From Candidatus Electronema halotolerans (GTDB lineage Bacteria > Desulfobacterota > Desulfobulbia > Desulfobulbales > Desulfobulbaceae), in contig OW818675.1 of assembly GCA_942493095.1 (NCBI GenBank), positions 960,001 through 992,000 of the forward strand: DNA of 32,000 nucleotides. The letters are read 5' to 3'. Made by a program: the position numbers and the translations under genes. The notes beneath the pieces are model-generated. The model was given only the letters and a program-made list of their open reading frames with translations. It did not search any database and was not told the origin of the DNA. Of this stretch, positions 9,519 to 18,560 are shown in pieces. Positions within the stretch are counted from its first letter, which is position 1. Each line of letters starts with the position of its first letter.

Positions 9519-9626
9519 TATGACAGAAGCACCATCCGGATCCTGGAAAAATCTCATAGCTTCAACACGCCAAAAAAATTATCCGCACAAGCCTGCTGAA
9601 AAGCAGCACCTTCACCCTTCACCCTT

Positions 9627-11834
9627 ATGAATCCTGAGCAGCGCAAACGCAAGCAGCGGCTGACCCGATATGTCATCGCCCTCTGTCTCCTGCTCATTCC
9701 CCTGCTGATCTGGCTCCAGCGCCGGCTGCTTCAGGGCGATCTGAACCTGCCCGTGTCGAGCACGGTCCTGATCTTCGCCCTGATCAACATCAACGGCCTG
9801 CTTCTCCTGCTCATGCTCTACCTGATTCTCCGCAATCTGGTGGAGCTGATCTTTGAACGCCGCAACCGGATCATTGGCTCACGCCTGCGCACCAAATTGG
9901 CTGCCGCCTTTGTCTCCCTGTCGATCATTCCCACTGCCGTGCTCTTCTTTTTCGCCCTTGGTTCAGTCTCCACCTCCATGGACTACTGGTTCAACACCAA
10001 TGTTGAAGAATCGCTCGAATCCTCCTTGAAATTGGCCCAAGAGCTGTTTCAGGAGACCGAGAACCGGGCTGGCAACATGGGCAGGCAGATCGGCCTGCTC
10101 TTGGAAAATGTCGATATTCATTTAAGTGACAACAAGAGTCTTCAGCAGCTCTTCAACAGCACCTTGGCCTTGGTCCCGACTGGCGCGCCGGATGCCTTGG
10201 TTCTGATCGACAGCAGCCTGCACGTCCGGGCCGCAGCCAAAGGCGAACGGCTGGCGGCAGTGCCGCTGCCAGATATTCCCACTGAGGCCCTCCGCCACTC
10301 GGTCAGCAGCGGCGAGCCGGAGGTTATCACCCGGCAGGTGAGCGCGGGCGAACTGGTTCAAGCCATAATCCCGGTGCAGATGAAAGACCGGAGCCGGGCA
10401 TTTCTTATCACCAGTCTGCTCATACCAGCGGCCAAGCTGACCCTGATGCAGTCGGTCTCGCAGGGCATCACCGGCTACAAACAACTCATTCTCCTCAAAG
10501 CCCCGATCAAGCTGAGTCTGATCCTCATGCTCCTGATCATCACCCTGCTGATTGTGTTCGGGGCGATCTGGTTCGGTTTTTACATTGCCCGCTCCATGAC
10601 CAGCTCAATCAACAAGCTGGCTGAAGCCACCCAGCGGGTTGCCAGCGGCGAACTGAACTTCACCATTGAAAAAGATTCAGATGATGAAATGGGGCTGCTG
10701 GTCGATTCCTTCAACTCCATGACCTCGGACCTGTTGGCCAGCAACCGCGAGCTGGCCGAAGCGCATCAGGCCTTGCAGCAGTCCAATCTCGTCTCTGAGC
10801 AGCGGCGGCGTTATCTGGAAACCATTCTCAGAAACGTGGCTGCTGGAGTTATTGCTATCAATGAGCAGCATCATGCCACAATCATCAATCCTTTTGCGGA
10901 AAAGTTGCTCCGCTTGGATTGCAGCCAGTTTCTCCATCGCGATTTCCGCGAAGTGCTGCCGCTTTCTCATGCTGCGGTGCTGGAACAATTTTTCAGCGAC
11001 CTGCGCGAATCAGGGCAACGTTCGATTGAACGGCATCTGAGTCTGACGGTGCGCAAAGGCGAGACCTATTCGCTCTTGGTCAACATCACCCGCCTCTTGG
11101 ATGACCGGGAGCGGCCCATCGGCTATGTCATTGTCTTTGACAACCTGACCAAGCTGGAAAAGGCCCAGCGGCTGGCGGCCTGGCAGGAGGTGGCCCGCCG
11201 CATCGCCCATGAGATCAAGAACCCGCTCACCCCGATTCAGCTCTCTGCCCAGCGGCTGCGCAAACGCTACTTGGAACGTATTGGTGATGACCAAGATATT
11301 TTTGACAAATGCACAGCCACGATCATCAGTCAGGTGGATGAGATCAAACGCTTGGTGACTGAGTTTTCCGATTTTGCCCGGATGCCGCGCATTAAAAAAC
11401 AGACCGCAAATATCGCCGCCTTAGCTGCCGACACACTGCTACTCTACCGCGAGGCGCACAAGCATATCGACTTTCAGTTCAAGCAGGAGGAAATTTCGCC
11501 TTTTGCCTTTGATCCGGTGCAGATCAGGCGGGTGCTGATCAATCTTTTGGACAACGGGGTCAGCGTGCTGGGCCACGGCGGCCAGATCAAGGTCCTGCTC
11601 CATAGACATGAGGCGCAGAAAACAATCAGCATCACGGTTAGTGACAACGGTCCAGGCATCCCGGAGGAGGTCAAGCGGCGGCTTTTTGAACCCTATTTTT
11701 CCACCCGCAAATCTGGCACCGGCCTTGGCCTGGCCATTGCAAACACCATTGTCGCAGAACACAACGGCAGCATCCGGGTGCAGGACAATGTCCCTTCCGG
11801 CACCACAGTGACTGTGGTGCTGCCTTTCGCATGA
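9627..11834 (+). CDS. NtrY-like sensor histidine kinase (TM-HAMP-PAS-HisKA-HATPase)
   Basis: N-terminal TM helices, HAMP (SINKLAEATQRVASGELNF), PAS, H-box HEIKNPLTPIQLSAQRL typical of NtrY, and N/G boxes (DNGPGIP, GTGLGLAI). Confidence 0.85.
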   Translation: MNPEQRKRKQRLTRYVIALCLLLIPLLIWLQRRLLQGDLNLPVSSTVLIFALININGLLLLLMLYLILRNLVELIFERRNRIIGSRLRTKLAAAFVSLSIIPTAVLFFFALGSVSTSMDYWFNTNVEESLESSLKLAQELFQETENRAGNMGRQIGLLLENVDIHLSDNKSLQQLFNSTLALVPTGAPDALVLIDSSLHVRAAAKGERLAAVPLPDIPTEALRHSVSSGEPEVITRQVSAGELVQAIIPVQMKDRSRAFLITSLLIPAAKLTLMQSVSQGITGYKQLILLKAPIKLSLILMLLIITLLIVFGAIWFGFYIARSMTSSINKLAEATQRVASGELNFTIEKDSDDEMGLLVDSFNSMTSDLLASNRELAEAHQALQQSNLVSEQRRRYLETILRNVAAGVIAINEQHHATIINPFAEKLLRLDCSQFLHRDFREVLPLSHAAVLEQFFSDLRESGQRSIERHLSLTVRKGETYSLLVNITRLLDDRERPIGYVIVFDNLTKLEKAQRLAAWQEVARRIAHEIKNPLTPIQLSAQRLRKRYLERIGDDQDIFDKCTATIISQVDEIKRLVTEFSDFARMPRIKKQTANIAALAADTLLLYREAHKHIDFQFKQEEISPFAFDPVQIRRVLINLLDNGVSVLGHGGQIKVLLHRHEAQKTISITVSDNGPGIPEEVKRRLFEPYFSTRKSGTGLGLAIANTIVAEHNGSIRVQDNVPSGTTVTVVLPFA

Positions 11835-11844
11835 GAGAGCAGAA

Positions 11845-13218
11845 ATGTCACCAGCAACGATTTTAATTATTGATGATGAAAGCGCAATCTTAGAATCCTT
11901 GTCCGGGATTTTAGAGGATGAGGGCTTTCAATCCGTGACCGCCTCCTCAGCCGAAGAAGGGCTGTCCATGCTCGCTGATCAGGATATTCACTTGATATTG
12001 CTTGACATCTGGCTGCCAGGCATGGACGGCATTGAGGCTCTGAAGCAGCTGCGGCAGGACTGGAGCGAAGTGCCGGTGATTATGATTTCCGGGCACGGCA
12101 CGATTGAAACTGCTGTGCAGGCCACCCGGATCGGTGCCTTTGATTTTATTGAAAAGCCGCTCTCTTATGACAAGGTGATCCTCTCTGTCAGCCAAGGACT
12201 GCGCTTGGCCCGGCTGGAACGGGAGAACCGCCTGCTGCGCGAAGCCTCTGCCGGGCCGGGCCGGATCACCGGCAATTCCGCCGCAGTCCATCATCTGCGG
12301 CGGCAGATTGAGCGGGTCGCGCCCACAGACGCTTCAGTCCTGATTCTCGGCGGGCACGGCACAGGCAAGGAGCTGGCTGCGCAGGCCATTCATCAGCATT
12401 CCACTCGCGCTGCCCGGCCAATGGTGGCGATAAACTGTGCTGCCATCCCGGAAGAGCTGATTGAATCAGAGCTGTTTGGCTATGAGAAAGGGGCCTTCAC
12501 CGGCGCGGAACGGGTCAAGCCGGGCAAGTTTGATCAAGCGGACGGCTCCACGCTTTTTCTTGATGAAATCGGCGACATGAGTTTGAAAAGCCAAGCCAAG
12601 GTGCTGCGTATTTTGCAGGAGCGGCAGTTTGAGCGGGTGGGCGGCGGCAGGACGGTGGAGGTGGATGTGCGGATCATTGCCGCCACCAACAAGGACTTGG
12701 AAGAGGAAATCCGGCACGGCAATTTCCGGGCTGATCTCTTTTACCGGCTCAATGTGATTCCGCTCCGCATTCCTGATCTGAAGGAACGACTGGAGGACAT
12801 TCCCCTGCTGGCGGCAGATTTTCTCCGCCAGTTCAGCCGCAAGGGGCTGGGCGAAAAGCAGTTTGCCGACAGCGCCCTATCCATGCTCATGCGCCATACT
12901 TGGCCGGGCAATGTCCGGGAGCTGCGCAACATGGTGGAACGGCTGGTGATCATGACTCCGGGCCAGCTCATCACCGCTGAGGATGTGGTCTTATTTCTCC
13001 AGCCAAGCACGGCCCGCTCTCTGCCCTCTGTCTGTCTGCCTGCATGGAACCAGCTCGGCTTCAAAGAGGCGCGGCGGCAGTTTGAGCATGATTATCTCTG
13101 CAAGAAATTGGCCGAGAACAGCGGCAATGTCTCCAAGACTGCTGAAAAAATCGGCATGGAGCGTAGTCATCTCCACAAAAAGCTCAAGGCCTTGGGCATC
13201 AGGGCAACAGAGGACTGA
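11845..13218 (+). CDS. sigma-54-dependent two-component response regulator (NtrC/AtoC family)
   Basis: Receiver domain (LILLDIWLPGMDG), AAA+ Walker A GHGTGKE, GAFTGA sigma-54 contact loop, and a C-terminal Fis-type HTH. It lies directly downstream of the kinase. Confidence 0.9.
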   Translation: MSPATILIIDDESAILESLSGILEDEGFQSVTASSAEEGLSMLADQDIHLILLDIWLPGMDGIEALKQLRQDWSEVPVIMISGHGTIETAVQATRIGAFDFIEKPLSYDKVILSVSQGLRLARLERENRLLREASAGPGRITGNSAAVHHLRRQIERVAPTDASVLILGGHGTGKELAAQAIHQHSTRAARPMVAINCAAIPEELIESELFGYEKGAFTGAERVKPGKFDQADGSTLFLDEIGDMSLKSQAKVLRILQERQFERVGGGRTVEVDVRIIAATNKDLEEEIRHGNFRADLFYRLNVIPLRIPDLKERLEDIPLLAADFLRQFSRKGLGEKQFADSALSMLMRHTWPGNVRELRNMVERLVIMTPGQLITAEDVVLFLQPSTARSLPSVCLPAWNQLGFKEARRQFEHDYLCKKLAENSGNVSKTAEKIGMERSHLHKKLKALGIRATED

Positions 13219-13222
13219 ACGG

Positions 13223-14452
13223 TCATTGCCGCAGCAGGGTTCTGACCGCTTGCAGATGCCGCTCCACACTGCCGCGCTGCTGCTCCACCAATTGCCGGGC
13301 CGCAGCAGACATGGCCGCATGAAGCGCATCATCACTGAGAATGGCGGCCACCTGTTCGGCCAGCGACTCTGCCGAGACCACCTTTGCCCCGCCGCAGCTG
13401 CATAAATCACGGGCGATTTCAGCAAAATCCTCAGTATGCGGGCCAAAGAGCACCGGCACACCCTGAGCTGCCGCCTCAATCGGATTATGGCCGCCCGCAT
13501 CTGCCAGACTGCCGCCAATAAAGGCCAGCCGGGCCAAGCTGTAGCAGGCGGCCAGCTCGCCGATGGTGTCCAAAATCAGCACCCGGCTCTCTGGACTCCT
13601 TGTCCCGCTGCTGCGCAGGTCGGCGGCAAGGCCAAAGCTGCGGGCCAGCCGCACCAGCTCGCTGCCCCGGCTGATCTGACGCGGGGCAAGCAGCAATTGC
13701 AGGGGCGAATGGTCAGGGCAGCCACAGGGGTTCGCCCCTACGATATATTTGAAGGCGGCAAAAATCACTTCCTCCTCGCCCGGATGAGTGGAGCCGCAGA
13801 CCCATACGAGCTGCCCTTGTTCTGCGGCCAGATCAGGCGGCGCAGCCTGCTGCATGGGCAGATCGTATTTGAGATTGCCGAGAACCACCACTTTCTCTGC
13901 CGGGAGGCCGAGCGCAAGCATCTTGTCCCGCTCCTCCGCTGTCTGCATGGCCAGCAGATCAAAGCAGCGGAACATCGGCTTGAAAAAAAAGGCAAAGCGG
14001 CGGTAAGCTGCTAAAGATTTTGCCGAAATCCGGCCATTGACCAGCATGATCGGCACCTGCTGCCGCCGGAGCAGGGTCAGCCAGTTGGGCCAGAAATCGG
14101 TTTCGACAAGGATGAACAAGTCCGGCCTGATGGCAGACAGATAGCGGCGCACGGCAAAACGGCAGTCCAACGGACTGTACAGGACAAGGTCAGCATGCGG
14201 GCTGATCAGGTGTTCAGCCAAGGCCTTGCCGCTGCGGGTGCTGGCCGTGAAAACAATTCGCACCGAGCCGAACTGCCTGCGGATGCCTTTGACCAAAGGC
14301 AGGGCCGAACTGACCTCGCCCACCGACAGAGCGTGCAGCCAAATTGTCGGGCCTTGAGGGACTGAGCTGCGCTGGGCAGCAAATTGATGGCGTTTCAGGC
14401 CCAGCCGTTCTACAATTCGTCCCTGACAGCTGGATTTACGTAATACGTGCAT
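13223..14452 (-). CDS. waaA: 3-deoxy-D-manno-octulosonic acid (Kdo) transferase
   Basis: IWLHALSVGEV, ETDFWPNW, NGRISAKS and GGSL...GGHNPIEAA match WaaA/KdtA. The ATG at 14452 is preferred and a TTG at 14509 is possible. There is no N-terminal TM anchor, as in some WaaA proteins. It overlaps the rsmI 3' end. Confidence 0.85.
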   Translation of the reverse strand: MHVLRKSSCQGRIVERLGLKRHQFAAQRSSVPQGPTIWLHALSVGEVSSALPLVKGIRRQFGSVRIVFTASTRSGKALAEHLISPHADLVLYSPLDCRFAVRRYLSAIRPDLFILVETDFWPNWLTLLRRQQVPIMLVNGRISAKSLAAYRRFAFFFKPMFRCFDLLAMQTAEERDKMLALGLPAEKVVVLGNLKYDLPMQQAAPPDLAAEQGQLVWVCGSTHPGEEEVIFAAFKYIVGANPCGCPDHSPLQLLLAPRQISRGSELVRLARSFGLAADLRSSGTRSPESRVLILDTIGELAACYSLARLAFIGGSLADAGGHNPIEAAAQGVPVLFGPHTEDFAEIARDLCSCGGAKVVSAESLAEQVAAILSDDALHAAMSAAARQLVEQQRGSVERHLQAVRTLLRQ

Positions 14453-15287
14453 ACAGGGCCAAGGCGCGCTGATAGACCTGTGAGCGCGGCAGGTCCAAGT
14501 CAGCGGCAATTTGGCGGGCCGCGTCTTTGAGCGAGCTGCCCTGTTCGCGGTGCCAAAGAATCAGTTCATCCAAATTGTCCGGCTTGCCGCTGTCAGGTGC
14601 TGTTTCATTGCCGCTGATGATCAAAACCAGCTCGCCCCGCGCCCGACCGCGCAGCTGCTCCAGCAGGGCAGACAGCGGTCCGGCCAAATGCTCCTCATGC
14701 AGCTTGGTCAGCTCCCGGAAGAGCTGGGCCTGCCGGTCGCCGAATATTTCCAAGCAGTCCTGCAAGGCGGCTTCAATCCGGTGCGGGGCCTCGTAAAAAA
14801 TCAGCGGACAGGGGAGCGTTTTGAGCACGGCAAATTGCTTGCGGCGTTCGCTCTTTTTTGCTGCCGGGAAGCCGCCAAAGTAAAAATCTGTGCCCGTCAG
14901 TCCGGCCACAGAGAGTGCGGCAGCCAAAGCAGACGGCCCGGCCACTGGCACAACAGCGATTCCAGCCGCCCGCGCCGCCTGCACCAGCACTGCGCCAGGG
15001 TCGGAAAGACCGGGAGTGCCCGCATCTGAGACCAAGGCCACATTCTCGCCTGCCAGCAGCCGGGCAACAAGGGCGGCAGCCTGCTCCTGCTCATTCTCGC
15101 GGCGGCAGCTGATCAGTTTTGCCCTGATGTTCAGGTGGGAAAGCAGCTTGCGGGTGCGGCGGGTGTCCTCACAGGCGATGAGGTCCGCCGCAGCCAGTGT
15201 TTCCCGCAGCCGCTGGCTGACATCACCGAGATTGCCGATTGGCGTGGCGACAATGTGCAGGAGGCCGCTTTGTTTCTCCGGGTTCAT
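14436..15287 (-). CDS. rsmI: 16S rRNA (cytidine1402-2'-O)-methyltransferase
   Basis: LHIVATPIGNLGDVSQRLRETLAAADLIACEDTRRTRKLL and GTPGLSDPG are the tetrapyrrole-methylase-fold RsmI signature. Confidence 0.9.
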   Translation of the reverse strand: MNPEKQSGLLHIVATPIGNLGDVSQRLRETLAAADLIACEDTRRTRKLLSHLNIRAKLISCRRENEQEQAAALVARLLAGENVALVSDAGTPGLSDPGAVLVQAARAAGIAVVPVAGPSALAAALSVAGLTGTDFYFGGFPAAKKSERRKQFAVLKTLPCPLIFYEAPHRIEAALQDCLEIFGDRQAQLFRELTKLHEEHLAGPLSALLEQLRGRARGELVLIISGNETAPDSGKPDNLDELILWHREQGSSLKDAARQIAADLDLPRSQVYQRALALYARIT

Positions 15288-15340
15288 GAATGGGCACTGT
15301 ACGTGCGGCAGGCGGCGGTGTCAATCAAAATAAACGGTAA

Positions 15341-15447
15341 TGTCGAGAATGGTGCAGGAATCAACCCGCGAGGAAACATTGAAGAAAATTCGGGTCGGGA
15401 AATTGGCCTTGATCACGCCGGTGAGCACATCTATTGAAGGACGCTGC
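15341..15447 (-). pseudogene. 107-bp internal fragment of ftsK (motor-domain segment), orphan copy
   Basis: Ungapped alignment to 21011-21117 within ftsK at a constant offset of 5670 gives 98/107 identical by hand count. It would encode [35 protein letters not shown] versus fts[36 protein letters not shown]. There is no start codon and no surrounding ftsK sequence. Confidence 0.85.
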
Positions 15448-15466
15448 CCAAGACGAGCAAACTTTA

Positions 15467-16021
15467 CTACGGTAAGGACGAATTAGAACTGGCGCATTTT
15501 CTGCGCTGTTTATCAAGCAAGATTTTTCTTGCCGCTCTCTTGGGCAGGCGGAGCAGGAAGACAATCGGTCGTTCAATAAGCGAGATGGACGGCGACAGTT
15601 TTCCCAGCAGGAGATTGACTGTCCGCCACGTTCGGCTTTCGTAATGCGTCGTCCTGCCGTTTCGGGTTACTTTGCTGATGATGCCGAGGAAATCAGCCGC
15701 AGAAACGGGCGGGTCGCAGCGGTATCTGCGGTCGCTCTTGGTCAGCAGATGTTGCTTTCCGTCAAGCTGGATGCAACGAAGAAAGCGATGTGCTTTCAAT
15801 CTGCCGTTGACATGATAGACCGCAACATCGCCACAGCGGAGCGTATCCGCCTGTATTGGTTTGATGAAAATCAAGTCGCCCTCGCGGAGCAGCGGTTTCA
15901 TGCAGTGACCGGTGAGCGTGATTTCCACCGGCTCGCCCTTTTGCAGCAGCAGGATGATGATCTTGTAATAATCATGCTTTTTGAAAAACTCCTCCTGAAA
16001 GGTGCTGCCGGAATCTGTCAT
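15467..16021 (-). CDS. S24/S26-fold peptidase-like protein with Cys at the nucleophile position
   Basis: [13 protein letters not shown] aligns to the G-x-S-M-x-P-x-L-x-x-GD nucleophile motif of LexA/signal-peptidase-fold enzymes. GDVAVY...LKAHRF aligns to the GD(i/v)v.f...(K/H)R(v) general-base region. The start overlaps the kinase stop (ATGA). Confidence 0.6.
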   Translation of the reverse strand: MTDSGSTFQEEFFKKHDYYKIIILLLQKGEPVEITLTGHCMKPLLREGDLIFIKPIQADTLRCGDVAVYHVNGRLKAHRFLRCIQLDGKQHLLTKSDRRYRCDPPVSAADFLGIISKVTRNGRTTHYESRTWRTVNLLLGKLSPSISLIERPIVFLLRLPKRAARKILLDKQRRKCASSNSSLP

Positions 16022-16854
16022 ACCGTTTCAATATGTTCCGTGAGCAGGCGGGCTGCTGCCGTCGCATCGTTGTGGATAAGCTGAAAAGCATTCGCCTTTT
16101 TCACTACTTCGGCCATCTGCTCAATGCTTGCAACGGATTTTGCCCTGCCGATCTGGGCATTCATCAGGCGCAGCAGGGCTGCTGATTTCTTCATCGGTGC
16201 AAGAGAAGGCGGTTTGTCCGGGTCGTAGCGGACAAAGAAGATGCTGTGCAGCGGCGCAGGTTTGCCGTGTATCGCCTTTGGCACGGCAATCTGATGATCC
16301 GCACCAAAGCTGCGCACCGGCCAGGATGGAGCAAGGCGGACAATACCGGTCTCTTTGCAGGACACGGTTTTGAGAAAGGGATGAACAATCTGTCCGGCAT
16401 CCAGCAGGCCGACTTCATCGGTAAGATAAGCCCAACCGTGGTTTGCGATCAATTCAAGAGTGAGGGTTGATTTACCGTGACCGCTTTCGCCGAGCAGCAG
16501 GATTGCGCTGTTGTTTCTGCTGACCGCACCGGCATGAAGGGTGATCAGCTCTTGTTTGTCAATCTGGTTAATGGCGTGGCCGGAGACGATATTCTCCAGT
16601 GCCTTGCTCAGGAGGGCAGAGGGAACGGCGTGCAGCTCGCGGCCCCAGTCAAAGGCGATTTTCCCTTGTTTCCAGATGGAAAAGCAGTCGGGCTGATCAG
16701 CACTCGGCAGAACGGTTATTTGTGCTGCTGTCTTATCCGGCGGAGCAGGGCTGAGAAACTCCTGCCACATGTAATCGCAGAACTGGTTAAGTTCTGCGAG
16801 CGGGGTTTCAAGGCGGATGAGGGTTTTGGTGATGGAGTAGAAGCTCTCAGGCAT
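16018..16854 (-). CDS. HprK-related P-loop kinase (HPr kinase C-terminal-domain-like)
   Basis: LHAGAVSRNNSAILLLGESGHGKSTLTLELIANHGWAYLTDEVG matches HprK-related kinase A/B-type proteins. The start overlaps the radical-SAM stop by 8 nt. Confidence 0.75.
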   Translation of the reverse strand: MPESFYSITKTLIRLETPLAELNQFCDYMWQEFLSPAPPDKTAAQITVLPSADQPDCFSIWKQGKIAFDWGRELHAVPSALLSKALENIVSGHAINQIDKQELITLHAGAVSRNNSAILLLGESGHGKSTLTLELIANHGWAYLTDEVGLLDAGQIVHPFLKTVSCKETGIVRLAPSWPVRSFGADHQIAVPKAIHGKPAPLHSIFFVRYDPDKPPSLAPMKKSAALLRLMNAQIGRAKSVASIEQMAEVVKKANAFQLIHNDATAAARLLTEHIETV

Positions 16855-18259
16855 GGCTTTCCGCCTGCACTTCCTCCACCAAGCCTAATTTCTGGAAGGC
16901 GGCAAGCTGGCCGTAGATGTCGTCTTTGATGGTGTCAAATTCCACTTCGCAGACGTTGGCAATCTCTTGGGCGATTTGTTGGGCGGTGCGGTGGCCGTTG
17001 ATGAGATCCCAGATGGCCATCCCCATTGAATTTAATGCGTACCTTTTATCGTGATTACATAACAACCCTTCTTCTTTTAAATCTATCGTTGTTATGTTTG
17101 GACATCTCGTCATTACAGTACGTTGAGCAGAAGGAAGATCATTTTTACCGCATCTGTTATCATAAGGTATGTTTTTCATTTGAAATTCATTTTTATTTTT
17201 GATCATATATCTCAGAACGGCAGTAATTATTGTTTTGTTAAACAAACATAAATAATTAGCAGACAAATCGTTATTATATTCGTGAATACAGACACCTCCG
17301 CACAAAAAAATATATTGGCACTCCGAGCAGTGATCCCTGTATATGTTTTGAATATTGATGTTTTCTATTTTTTCTTTATCTATCCCGTTACGGGTGTTGC
17401 CAATCAAATATTTTGAGTGACTGACAAAACGATGACAGGGAAAGAAGTCTCCGTTAAAAGATACTGTTATTTTGTTTCTTCCAATACCGCATCTCGTAGC
17501 TTTCTTTTGAGAAAGAAAAGTATTTATTATACGTTGAACGTTATATATCGTGCTGTTTAAATTCCCCTTTTCTTTATACGAAAGAATAATACTATCAACT
17601 ATATCTAACAGTTGCTGTTGACCAACAGCATTACTATCATTAGTGGTTACAGGTGTTACTATTCCAAATACTACCATTTCATTATTTTGCAAGATTCCTA
17701 TATCAGAGTAATTCCTTAAAATATCGTAAGGTAAATCAGTGTTTGCTGTCAAAGTAACTCTAATTTGATACTTCACGTTGTATTTTTGCAATATTTTTAT
17801 ATTATTAACTATTTTGCTAAAACTCACACCCCCCTTCTTGTATCTTCTTTGAAGATCATGTGTCTGTTTTTTTCCGTCTAACGTAACTTGAATATGAACT
17901 TTGTTATCGTGACAAAACTTAGCTATTTCATCATCTATTAAAGTTCCATTAGTTATTATTCTAAATGATAAGTCATTTTTATGATCTATTTTACTTATTA
18001 ATCTATTGATTGTATATCGAATTTTAGAAAACTCAATTAATGGTTCTCCGCCAAAAAATGATACTTTTACACATCCACGATGTTTCTTCTCATAAATATC
18101 AATGAAGTTGTCAATATCGTTTTTAGATAACGATTTTTTTCTATTCGTATACTTATCACCAGCTTTCAGATAGCAGTAAGTGCATTGAAGATTACAAGAA
18201 CCGGTTATATCTATCTCGACATCTGATACATCTTCCAACATGCACTTAATCTCCGCCAT
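16847..18259 (-). CDS. radical SAM / SPASM-domain peptide maturase with a C-terminal PqqD (RRE) domain
   Basis: CNLQCTYCY is the CX3CX2C motif. SFFGGEPL is the GGE motif. The SPASM region is CGIGRNKITVSFNGDFFPC...CSECQYIFLCGGVC (CX2CX5CX3C). The C-terminal ITTIDLKEEGLLCNHDKRYALNSMGMAIWDLINGHRTAQQIAQEIANVCEVEFDTIKDDIYGQLAAFQKLGLVE is PqqD-like. An alternative ATG at 18241 has GGAG 9 nt upstream. Confidence 0.85.
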   Translation of the reverse strand: MAEIKCMLEDVSDVEIDITGSCNLQCTYCYLKAGDKYTNRKKSLSKNDIDNFIDIYEKKHRGCVKVSFFGGEPLIEFSKIRYTINRLISKIDHKNDLSFRIITNGTLIDDEIAKFCHDNKVHIQVTLDGKKQTHDLQRRYKKGGVSFSKIVNNIKILQKYNVKYQIRVTLTANTDLPYDILRNYSDIGILQNNEMVVFGIVTPVTTNDSNAVGQQQLLDIVDSIILSYKEKGNLNSTIYNVQRIINTFLSQKKATRCGIGRNKITVSFNGDFFPCHRFVSHSKYLIGNTRNGIDKEKIENINIQNIYRDHCSECQYIFLCGGVCIHEYNNDLSANYLCLFNKTIITAVLRYMIKNKNEFQMKNIPYDNRCGKNDLPSAQRTVMTRCPNITTIDLKEEGLLCNHDKRYALNSMGMAIWDLINGHRTAQQIAQEIANVCEVEFDTIKDDIYGQLAAFQKLGLVEEVQAESHA

Positions 18260-18422
18260 TATTACAGCAGCTTTGCCATGATGCCATATCGGAACACTCA
18301 GATACAGATTCACCGTTTAAATCTGTCAATTCGCATATATCTGGTTTAACATAATTCCCCTTTAAAACCTTCAACCTTCCCTCTTTAATCCCGTTTTTTC
18401 CTTTCTCATTCATATTTTCCAT
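18246..18422 (-). CDS. candidate RiPP precursor peptide (58 aa, Cys-rich C-terminus)
   Basis: MENMNEKGKNGIKEGRLKVLKGNYVKPDICELTDLNGESVSECSDMASWQSCCNNGGD. AGGAGGAG SD lies 4 nt upstream of the ATG at 18422. The stop overlaps or abuts the radical-SAM start. The gene shares the low-GC composition of the maturase. In-frame ATGs further upstream lack an SD. Confidence 0.65.
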   Translation of the reverse strand: MENMNEKGKNGIKEGRLKVLKGNYVKPDICELTDLNGESVSECSDMASWQSCCNNGGD

Positions 18423-18560
18423 GATCTCCTCCTGTTCATTCATTTCGCCAGCCATTATCGGCAATTAGATCCAACCCAATCAACCTTCATCACCATGCCA
18501 ACGAAGAAAGGCTCAAATCATCATGCAGCCTCAATCCGTTTCAGTCCGCTCAGATCAACT

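Noticed and set aside
13223-14509. Missing N-terminal membrane anchor on WaaA as a sign of truncation
   Set aside because: Some bona fide WaaA proteins lack the N-terminal helix. The conserved ERLG...WLHA(L/V)SVGE start of the catalytic domain is intact.
18465-18560. Possible sigma-54 (TTGGCATGGTGATGAAGG) or sigma-70 (TTGATT-19 nt-ATAATG) promoter upstream of the precursor on the minus strand
   Set aside because: The -12 element lacks the conserved GC, and the sigma-70 spacing of 19 nt is poor. The evidence is not strong enough to annotate.
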